From Prasinococcaceae sp. CCMP 1430 (lineage: Eukaryota > Plantae > Prasinodermophyta): a DNA stretch of 49,094 nt. Numbering within the stretch: the first letter of the stretch is position 1; each line of letters begins with the position of its first letter. The translations under genes and the position numbers were made by a program. Below, piece after piece: positions 32,196-41,170 of the stretch. The stretch covers positions 57,920-107,013 of the forward strand of contig RQSC01000014.1 of assembly GCA_013416795.1 (NCBI GenBank), given 5' to 3'. The notes beneath the pieces are model-generated. The model had not been told where the DNA came from. It was given only the letters and a program-made list of their open reading frames with translations, and ran no database searches.

Positions 32196-34295
32196 ATGGC
32201 CGTGGCGCGCTGTGACATCGATTCGCTGCGCGCGCTCATGCGCGAGAGCCGCATTTCGGCGCTCGTCGTGCCGAGCGAGGATCCCCACCAGAGCGAGTAC
32301 AGCTGCGGTGCCTTCTCGCGCCGCGAGGCTGTGAGCGCCTTCACCGGCTCGGCCGGCGTCGCCGCCGTCACGCTCAAACACGGCAGTGCGCTCAGCACTG
32401 ACGGGCGCTACTTTCTTCAGGCGGAGATGCAGCTCGACGCCGCAGAGTGGGAGCTGCTGCGCTTTGGCGAGAAGGGGGTGCCCACGATCGGCGAGTGGCT
32501 CGCGCAGAAGCTCGAGTGCGGAGAAAGTGTCGGCATCGACCCCGCGGTGCACTCGGTCGACAACGCTGTCAAACTGCGCAAGGAGCTTGCGGCGGGCGGT
32601 GTTGAGCTCAGGCTGCTCGATGGAGAAAACCTGGTCGATGCTGTGCTGGGCGATGCGCGCGAGCCGCTGCCGACGGCAGCGATGCGAGTGCACGCCCTCG
32701 AGCACGCGGGCCTCTCAGTGTGCGAAAAGCTTGAGCTCGTGCGTGGGGAGATGCGCGAGGAGGGCGCGGGCGTGCTGCTCCTCTCAACGCTGGACGAGGT
32801 GGCGTGGATGTTTAATACGCGTGGCCAGGATGTGCCGCACTGTCCCGTGACGCTGTCGTACGCGCTCATTGGACTCGACTTCGCGCGTTTGTTCGTCGAC
32901 GAGGGTAAGGTCACGGCGGAGGTTCGCGCGCACCTCAGTGACGCGAGCGTCGAGGTTCACCCGTACGGCGCGTGTGCTGCGCAGCTGCAGGCACTCGTGG
33001 CGGAAGGCAAGCGTGCGTGGCTTGATGCCGCGACCGGCAGTGCGGGCATGCAGGCAGCTGCCGAGGCGGGCGCAAGCACCTGGAGCGACGGCTGCGGCGG
33101 CGACGAGCCCGCCGCGAAAAAGCGCCGCGCCGGCAACGGGGCTGCAGGCTCTGATCCCGGCGTGGCGATGGTGACAAAGCGCAGCCCGGTGATTAAGCTC
33201 AAGTCGCGCAAAAACCCCGCCGAGCTCAAGGGCATGCGCGAGTGTCACCTACGCGACGCTACCGCCCTCTGCCGTTTCTTCGCATGGCTGGGGGAGCGCA
33301 TCGCCGCAGGGGACGAGGGGCTTGACGAGGTGTCCGCGTCGGACAAGCTCCTCGAGGAACGGCAATCGCTGCCGGGCTTCCTGGACACGTCCTTCGATAC
33401 GATCGCCGGCGATGGGCCGAACGGGGCCATCATACACTACCGCGCGGAGAAGGCCACCTGCCGCAAGCTCAAAGCAGGAGACGTCTTCCTGCTGGACTCG
33501 GGCGCGCAGTACGAGGACGGCACCACCGACGTCACGCGCACAACCTTCCTTGGCGAGGGCATGCCCGACGCGCACGTGCGCCGCTGCTTCACGCTCGTAC
33601 TAAAGGGTCACATCGCGCTTGACACGGCGGTGTTCCCGGAGGGCACGCCGGGCTTCGCCGTGGACTCATTTGCACGCCACGCGCTGTGGCGCGCGGGGCT
33701 GGACTACCGCCACGGCACCGGCCACGGCGTGGGTGCCGCGCTGAATGTGCACGAGGGTCCGCAGTCCATCTCGCCGCGCTGGTACAACAAGTCTCCCTTG
33801 GAAGATGGTATGATCGTCTCGAATGAGCCGGGCTACTACGAGCAGGATGCCTTCGGGATCCGCATCGAGAACCTGGTGTCCATCGAGGAGGCGGACACGC
33901 CGTGCACGTTCGGCGACAAGAAGTTCCTGTGCTTCAAGAAACTCACCTTCGTGCCGCTCCAGACGAAGATGATCGACGTGTCGCTGCTCACGGCGGACGA
34001 GGCCGACTGGGTGGACGCATACCAAGCGCAAGTGCGCGCGAAGGTGCGCCATGCCACGCGCGGCGGCCGGCGCACGGCGCACCCGCTTGTCACGCGCGCG
34101 CGCGCTGACTCGCGGCCGTGTGCGCTCCCATACGAGCTGCAGATCCAGCCGCTCCTTACGCGCCCCACCGATGCCGATGCGCAGCGCTACCTGGTCGAGC
34201 ACACACAGCCGCTTGACAGGAAGGGCCTCGGCACCCGCAGCGCCACCGGGGGGCAGCCGCAGCTGGCCAGCGCCGAGCCGATGGCGACCTCGTAG
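32196..34295 (+). CDS. Xaa-Pro aminopeptidase (peptidase M24B, APP1-like). In-frame intron 34044-34142
   Basis: VPSEDPHQSEY, SAFTGSAG, TDGRYFLQA, LDSGAQYEDGTTDVTRT, DYRHGTGHGVGAALNVHEGP, SNEPGYYEQDAFGIRIENL. Intron AAG|GTGCGC..GCTGAC..CTGCAG|ATC. Confidence 0.95.
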   Translation: MAVARCDIDSLRALMRESRISALVVPSEDPHQSEYSCGAFSRREAVSAFTGSAGVAAVTLKHGSALSTDGRYFLQAEMQLDAAEWELLRFGEKGVPTIGEWLAQKLECGESVGIDPAVHSVDNAVKLRKELAAGGVELRLLDGENLVDAVLGDAREPLPTAAMRVHALEHAGLSVCEKLELVRGEMREEGAGVLLLSTLDEVAWMFNTRGQDVPHCPVTLSYALIGLDFARLFVDEGKVTAEVRAHLSDASVEVHPYGACAAQLQALVAEGKRAWLDAATGSAGMQAAAEAGASTWSDGCGGDEPAAKKRRAGNGAAGSDPGVAMVTKRSPVIKLKSRKNPAELKGMRECHLRDATALCRFFAWLGERIAAGDEGLDEVSASDKLLEERQSLPGFLDTSFDTIAGDGPNGAIIHYRAEKATCRKLKAGDVFLLDSGAQYEDGTTDVTRTTFLGEGMPDAHVRRCFTLVLKGHIALDTAVFPEGTPGFAVDSFARHALWRAGLDYRHGTGHGVGAALNVHEGPQSISPRWYNKSPLEDGMIVSNEPGYYEQDAFGIRIENLVSIEEADTPCTFGDKKFLCFKKLTFVPLQTKMIDVSLLTADEADWVDAYQAQVRAKVRHATRGGRRTAHPLVTRARADSRPCALPYELQIQPLLTRPTDADAQRYLVEHTQPLDRKGLGTRSATGGQPQLASAEPMATS

Positions 34296-34867
34296 CTCGG
34301 ACGAGGTGCGCGACGGTACTTTCGCTTCCCCTGTGCTGCGGCCTGTACTGCGATCTGCAGCGCGTCCCAATAATTGTGCAAGGCGCGCCGCCCGCCTCAC
34401 TATCATCAGGTAGAGCGCACGCCCACCGCGCAGCTGCTGCCGTCGCAGGGGTGGGCGCGCGTGGCTGGTGCGCACGCCGCTTGCAACACTGTTGGGGGCG
34501 CAACCTTGTGAGGGAACCCGGACGCGCCTGCCGCTCTTCGCGCGCCCTCGCCAGCGTCGGCTACGTCGCCATCGTGCCCGTCGCGAGCGGCGTGCCGCCC
34601 GCTCCGCGCTCTCCGCCGGTCGCGCAGCGCCGTTCGCACCTCGAGCCGGGCGCCGGCTGATGCGCGCGCGCGCGGCGCGCACTGCCGCCCGCTCCCGCCA
34701 CGCTGGGGGCTGTTCCTGTTCAATCGACGACGCGCACACCGCACATCGATAAGCATCGCAGCTCCTGTTCCCTTTCGGGGCGCGTCCCAAATTGCCCCCG
34801 ATTGGCGCCGCAGCGCGTGCGCGTCCCTTCACAAGCACCCGGGTTGTCGTGCCACCCTGTTGGTCAT

Positions 34868-34877
34868 GCCACGTGGC
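34868..34877. promoter_or_regulatory. Perfect G-box palindrome GCCACGTGGC upstream of the MYB gene
   Basis: At the edge of an AT-rich island; a second CACGTGGC lies at 35764-35771. Function not demonstrated. Confidence 0.35.
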
Positions 34878-35943
34878 CACGTTTTGAATCATCTGCGTCC
34901 GCGCACGGTGGAATCTCGTAAAGTGGATATGGTCGAGGCATTCGTTCTTTTCTGATGCTGTGCGGATTAAACTTTGGTTCTTCATCACCAAATCCACTCC
35001 AAAGAATTGGCAAAAGGAAAAGGAAATTCGTCGCGATGCCGAATGAAACAGTCTGATTGAAACAAATCCGATTCGCGGCGCGCACGCGACGCTTGGGTGC
35101 CAGCACACGTGCCTGCTCACAGCACTTTAGTTCCCCCGCGCGGCGCGCGGCGACCCGCGCGCGGCGCGCGCGTGTTGCGACGCGACGCGCGGCATCCCGC
35201 CCGCGTCCGGCCGGCCGGGCGACGCGGACGCGGATGAGCGAGCGCTCGGATCGATGGCCGAAACTCCCCCGCCGCTGCCGGCTCGGGGAACGGCGGATGG
35301 TTCGTTTTGACCATCCGGAGCCGCGCTCCATCCTGCGGCAATTTGCGCCGTGCCTGCGGGCTGCGCGGAGGCGTGTTCTCTGCGGCGCCCGCGATGGTGT
35401 GCTGGCGCCCGCGCCACGGTGCCGCCGCGGGACCCGTTTCGCGCAGTGGGCGACGGCCACCACCGTCATTCGTCCGCGCGCCGTGCGCCGGCGCCGCTCG
35501 CGCAGCGCGAATGCGGCAGCGGCGCGACCACGCCGGATGGTATTGGGGAACCAGTTGGTGGGAACTCGGGGCGCCTGGCGCACGACCGGCGGCGCGGTAT
35601 CCCAGTGGCCGTCCCCCGCAGCGGCGCAGCAGGCGCACGCGCTGACTGACGCGCGCGCGCGCGCGCGCGTTCATTATTCATCGAAGACGGAGGAGGGAAC
35701 GGTGGGCGCAGCGTGCGCGGCCGGGGCATGCAGCGGTCTGTGCGGCGCGGCACGAGCAGGCCACACGTGGCGCCCGTGGCGACCACCGTGGCCACCGCGG
35801 CCACTCAGCCTTTTTCCCCGACCCGCCGCTCGGCGCACCGGCTCGTGCGCGTGCGAGCGAGCGAGCCAGAGGGCTCAGACTGCCTGCCCTCGGACGGGGG
35901 CACACGCCTCGGCGTCTGCCCGGCGCGTTTCGCTGTGGCGGCG

Positions 35944-38392
35944 ATGGCGGCGGTGCGGCGGCCGGCTGCTCGCGCCCAGCAAGGCGCCGGGCGCTTGTTG
36001 AAGGACCCGTGGCGCAAGGAGGTGCGCGCGCCACGCTCGAGTCCTGCCTGACCCACCACCCCCGCCGTCCGCGCGCCGCGAGGCGCCGCACTGCCCCGAG
36101 ACGCTCGCGCGTGCGCAGTCCTGCTTGAGGGACGGGGCAGGCGCCAGACGGAGGGTGCCACAGCCATGCGAGGTGTCGCGCTCCTGAGGGAGAGAGAGAG
36201 AGGATGAGTTCGCGCGCTGACTCTTTGCCTCTCCACACGCCCTGCCCAACTCTCCCGCGCTCACTGACCACCCGCGCTCCCCCCCTTCCGGCGCATGCGC
36301 GCGCTCTCGCGGCGCTCACGCCGTCGCGCACGCATGACCACGCTGGGCGCCTTCCGCTTCACCCCACTCGCTGCGCCACAGGAGGATGCGCTGCTGTGCA
36401 GCGTCGTAGCAGAGCGCGGCGCGATGAACTGGTCGGAGATCGCGGCGTCCATTCCTGGCCGCAGCGGCAAGAGCTGCCGCTTGCGCTGGTGCAACCAGCT
36501 CGACCCGAATGTCTCGAAGGCGAAGTTCACCCCCGCCGAGGACGACATCGTCGTCAAGGCCCACTCCATTTACGGCAACCGCTGGGCAACCATTGCCCAG
36601 CACCTCACGGGCCGCACGGACAACGCCGTCAAGGTGCGCAATGCGCTGCGAGGGTCGGGGCAGCGCGGGCTGGCGAGCCCGTACATGCGTGCGTGCGTGC
36701 GTGCAGGGAGGAGGGGCGGGTGTGTGGGGGGGGGGGGTCGGAGACGTGCGGCGCGCGACACTTTTCCCCCGAATCTCGTCGCCGCGGCGCTTTCCGCCAT
36801 CGAATCCCTGCAGGAGCTCGCGGGTTCCCCGCGCGCGGCGCGCGCGCTCGCGCGCGCGCGCGCGGTTCGTCGCCCCCCCCGGGGTCCCGCGCCGAATTCC
36901 CGGGANNNNNNNNNNNNNNNNNNNNNNNNNNNNNNNNNNNNNNNNNNNNNNNNNNNNNNNNNNNNNNNNNNNNNNNNNNNNNNNNNNNNNNNNNNNNNNN
37001 NNNGGGCCTCCGCCGGCGCGCGCGGCGGGAGATGGGGCGGTGGCTGACACGCGCGGCTGCTCGCGCCGCCTCAACGCCCCATCAACGCCCAACGCGCCGC
37101 ACCGGTCGCCGCCGCCGGCGTGCCCTCTCCCGCGACCACCGCAGAATCACTGGAACTCGACGCTCAAGCGCCGCTTCAAGGAACAAGCGGCGTGCCCGGC
37201 GGAGCCGCTGCAAGGAGAGGAGGCGGCACAGCGAGCGGCGGAGCTCGGCCTGCCACCGCTGCCACAGCCCGGGCGTGCGGCCGGCGGCGGCGCTGCAGGG
37301 CTGCGCCAAGCGACGGCGTCGCCCGTCGCGGCAGCCGCGGTCGCTGCACCGAGCGAGGCGCGCACCGCTACCCCGTCGTCCGCGAGGAAGACCGCGCCCC
37401 TTTCGCCTACTCGGAAGAGCAGCGTCCCTGCCTCCGCTGCGGGGCGTCGCAAGGCAGCAGCCGTGGCAGATAGCGGCGCTGCGGGCTCGACGGAGTCCGC
37501 CGGCGCGCCATCGCGAAGCGGCAGCAGGGGGGTCAAGCGGCCGCGCGCGGCGCGCGACAGGGACGACACGAGTGTCGGGAGCGACCAGAGCATACAGACT
37601 GCCACCACCAAGGCGCAGCGCCGCCGGCGCGCGCCAGTGGCACGCCAGCCGTCCGTCGCTTCAACGGGCTCGAAAGTGACTGTGGTTGGCGGGGCGCCGC
37701 CCGCCGGCGCCGGCGATCGAGCGATCACACGGCCAGCAAAGCCACCGCTCCGACCAGGGCACAAAGACGAGCCCGTTGCAACCGATTCGCCGGGCCAGTC
37801 TTCGCAGGAGTCGCCGTGCTCGCCAACGGCCGCCCCGCCGCAACCGCTCGCCGTCCTCGCGCTCGATGGCGCGCACACGCCCGCGGGCGAGGCCGAACAA
37901 CGGTCGGAGGCGGACGGGGGGGCGTTCGGCCGGCGTGAAGTGGCGATGTGCGTGCCGAAGCACTACGCTTCGTTCGGCGACACCGTGCAGCTGATGGCCA
38001 TGTCAGTCCCGGCGCCGGCGATGGCGTACGCCGACGAGAGCGGGAAGTTGGCCGACTCGCTGGTGACATCCATGGCGGGCTCGGACTGCTGCTTCGTCGA
38101 CACCGTGGGCGTCATGCGCACTGTGCCTTCGCACTCCTCGCTCGAGCTGCTCAACGAGGTTCACACACCTCTTGAGCACGCCCTGGTCAACAAGATGGGC
38201 GGCGTGAGCGGGTGGGCGGGCGTTGGTATGGGGCCGTGCGCGGCCGCGATAGCCAGTCCGCTCCTGGCGAGCTGCGAGTCGTTCGTGGCGAGCACCAACG
38301 ACGCTGTTGCAGAGCTCTATGCCAGCGCCCCAGAGGGGCTGTACCATGATCAGAAGCCCACGGATGATCTCATGGCGTACTACCTCAACTGA
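35944..38392 (+). CDS. R2R3-MYB transcription factor. Exons 35944-36021, 36382-36633, 37145-38392 (about 525 aa)
   Basis: Spliced KDPWRKE|EDALL..NWSEIAASIPGRSGKSCRLRWCNQLDP..FTPAEDDIVVKAHSIYGNRWATIA..LTGRTDNAVK|NHWNSTLKRR. Canonical donors GTGCGC and acceptors CAG; TGTAA at 38602. An in-frame ATG at 35728 could extend exon 1. Confidence 0.92.
36906..37003. other. Assembly gap (N) inside MYB intron 2
   Basis: Run of N. Confidence 1.
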
Positions 38393-39725
38393 GGAGGTGC
38401 TCGCTTGGTGCGGCCTGCCGGGCCACTGCGTCCGTGCCGCGCCTCGCTGCCCGCAAGGCTCGCGCTCGAAACTCCCTCACCTCACGTGCGCCGCCGACGC
38501 TCTGGTCGCCGGTCGTGCGCACATGCACATGTGTGTACCATACGCCCCCACTGTGGTGTTCCCGAGACATATCACTCGCACAGCACTCGACGCCGGCACG
38601 CTGTAACAGTACTGGTAAATTAGCCTTCACACATTGTCAGGGAACGCGCACGTTGCGCGCCGTGCCTGGACTGGCGCTTTTTCTCGCGGCCCCCCCCCAA
38701 CACACACACACAGACGCGCACGCGCACACCATCCCCACCGCCTCCTCTTTTACCCGCGCCGCAAGCCACCCCACCCCAACACTCATGCGCGCCCACACAT
38801 GTCAGCGCACGCGGCGGTTCCTTTCTGTCAGGCAGCAGCCGGCGGCGGGGCGTGTGCATGCGCGCGCTGCGTGTCGGCCGGGCCTCCGTCGGCTCGCCTG
38901 CCCCACGCGGAAATATCGCGCTCGCGCCGCTCGCCCCCCCGCGCGCCGATTTCCCGGTTTGCGCTTTCGTCGCGCGTTGCGCGCGCACGCGCACACATTA
39001 CGCCCCGGGGCCACGCCGCGCGCGCGCCGTTGCCGCTCGCGCGCCCAAGAGCCCAGCCACAGATAAGGCGCCGCCGTCCCCCGGCCGGACGCCGACACGC
39101 CGCGAAGGGCGCGGCGAACAGGAAAACGAAAAAGAAAAAGGAAGAGGATTTCGAAAACGAAGAGGGCCAACCACACACGACTGGCATGCTGCACATACGC
39201 CGCACCCTGCCTCCGACAGACTGATGAGGCCCTGACTGAAAAGTGAAAACCAAGCCATACTGTACATCGGCGGGGGTGCGGAGAGTCTCCGTGAGTAGCC
39301 TGGGTAAAACTGGGCGCCCTGGCGAAGCGGCGCGCGCTGGAACGATTTTTAGGCGGGCGTAAATCCGCCTGGCGAGGAGTACGATTTTAAAGTTGACCTC
39401 TGTAATAAAACCAAAACCCTGCCCGATACCTAGTTTTGGTCCAATAGCATGGATGTGGCAACTTTTTTTTTTTGTTTTCGAACGAGCATGCGCCGGGCAG
39501 AACCAGGGAAAAAGCCGTGCCCGGCATGTGGCCTGGCTGCTAGCCGACGATGGCGGGGGAGACGCGCGCAAGCATCGATCGTTGCGTGACTGGTCGAAAC
39601 TGTGTTTTTTTTTCTGTGATCGGTTGGAACTGGTACGCCATCACATCGCACGCGCGCATTTTTGGGCCTTTTTTTTTTTTTTGGCAATTCGCGCGGGGCT
39701 CGCCCGCCCCGCCCGCTGCCGCAGG

Positions 39726-40103
39726 NNNNNNNNNNNNNNNNNNNNNNNNNNNNNNNNNNNNNNNNNNNNNNNNNNNNNNNNNNNNNNNNNNNNNNNNNNN
39801 NNNNNNNNNNNNNNNNNNNNNNNNNNNNNNNNNNNNNNNNNNNNNNNNNNNNNNNNNNNNNNNNNNNNNNNNNNNNNNNNNNNNNNNNNNNNNNNNNNNN
39901 NNNNNNNNNNNNNNNNNNNNNNNNNNNNNNNNNNNNNNNNNNNNNNNNNNNNNNNNNNNNNNNNNNNNNNNNNNNNNNNNNNNNNNNNNNNNNNNNNNNN
40001 NNNNNNNNNNNNNNNNNNNNNNNNNNNNNNNNNNNNNNNNNNNNNNNNNNNNNNNNNNNNNNNNNNNNNNNNNNNNNNNNNNNNNNNNNNNNNNNNNNNN
40101 NNN
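39726..40103. other. Assembly gap (N)
   Basis: Run of N. Confidence 1.
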
Positions 40104-40105
40104 CC

Positions 40106-41044
40106 GGCGGGGAGGGTGGGGCGCGGGGGTCCAGGGGTGGGGCGCGGGGCGGCAGGGGCGGCGCGCAGCGGCGCAGGGAGGGCGCGCTCCCGCTGCCGGG
40201 CGGGCTGGAGCGCGCTGTCGCCGAGCACTGGTCGGATGGCGCGCTCACGGCGGACATACTCAAGGCTGACTGGCGCGGCAAGCGGCGTGCGGCCGAGGAC
40301 GCGCTGCGCGTGCGCGAGGCGGTCAACACGAACCATCGCTCCATCGTGAGATTTCACTCGAGCGTCGTCGCCGCCGTCAAGGACGCCACGCTGCGCATGG
40401 CCGGCGCGGCGCCCTCCAAGGGTGGGAGCGGGGCCGCCGACGCCGACGGCGCGCCTGGCGCGCGTACGACGGGCGCAGGCCAGGCACAGGCGGACGATGG
40501 GATGCGGTGCCCAGACGTGCTTCCAGAGTCGGCCAAGGCGCGCGTGCGCTTCGAGCACATGATGCGCGAGGCAGATGCGGACGCCGCCTCGCCCAACGAT
40601 CCGCTGCGGCCCGTGCGCAGGACCTTTTCGCGCCAGACCAAGCAAGGCGAGTTCCTGCGCGACCTCGCGGGTGCCATCGTCGAGGGCATGGGCAGCCTCG
40701 AGAAGGGCCAGGCAGACGACGACGAAGACCTCGAAGTGCCAACCGAGCCCGAGGAGATCCTCGTGGTGGTCACCGCTCTCGCCTCTCTCGGGGAGCTCGA
40801 CTCGCGATCGGGCGCGCAACTGCTCGCATCGGTGGCGGCCAATCCCGACGCGGACGCACGCGAGGCGCTCGTCCACGCGTTGTTCTGCGCGGTCGAGGCC
40901 GATCAGCCCGAGGCCATTGGCAACATCGGCGTGTCTGTGCTCATCTCGCTCACTGAGGACGACGATCCCAGCGTCCAGGATGCCGCCAGGGAGGGTGTCG
41001 AGGGCATCAAGAGTGCGCTCCGGCAGGAGGGCGCGGACGAGTGA
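40106..41044 (+). CDS. Hypothetical protein with C-terminal HEAT/ARM-like helical repeats; 5' end probably in gap
   Basis: Open frame with coding-like codon use. Repeats such as ANPDADAREALVHAL and EDDDPSVQDAAREGV; TGTAA at 41088. Confidence 0.6.
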   Translation, partial: GGEGGARGSRGGARGGRGGAQRRREGALPLPGGLERAVAEHWSDGALTADILKADWRGKRRAAEDALRVREAVNTNHRSIVRFHSSVVAAVKDATLRMAGAAPSKGGSGAADADGAPGARTTGAGQAQADDGMRCPDVLPESAKARVRFEHMMREADADAASPNDPLRPVRRTFSRQTKQGEFLRDLAGAIVEGMGSLEKGQADDDEDLEVPTEPEEILVVVTALASLGELDSRSGAQLLASVAANPDADAREALVHALFCAVEADQPEAIGNIGVSVLISLTEDDDPSVQDAAREGVEGIKSALRQEGADE

Positions 41045-41170
41045 GCGAGCTGGCGGCCGTGCGCGGGCGAGACCAGCGTGCTTGTATTGTAATGCGTTCG
41101 TTTGTTAGTTTGACAGATTAGGTGGTGCGCGCACGCAGCGATGTGTACATGTTCTGGCTGGACGGCGTCA

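Noticed and set aside
31217-32398. ORFs of 250-390 aa between WDR43 and the aminopeptidase
   Set aside because: Arg/Ala-rich low-complexity translations with no coding-type codon pattern; treated as UTR or intergenic.
39221-39250. CTGATGA...GAAA resembling a hammerhead ribozyme core
   Set aside because: Stem II does not close properly between the core elements, and I could not build stems I and III with a correctly placed UH cleavage site.
39340-39400. Short matches to 16S rRNA words (GGGCGTAAA, CCGCCTGG..GAGTACG)
   Set aside because: The matches are short, in rRNA they are far apart, and there is no extended similarity. Not an rRNA fragment or organellar insertion on present evidence.
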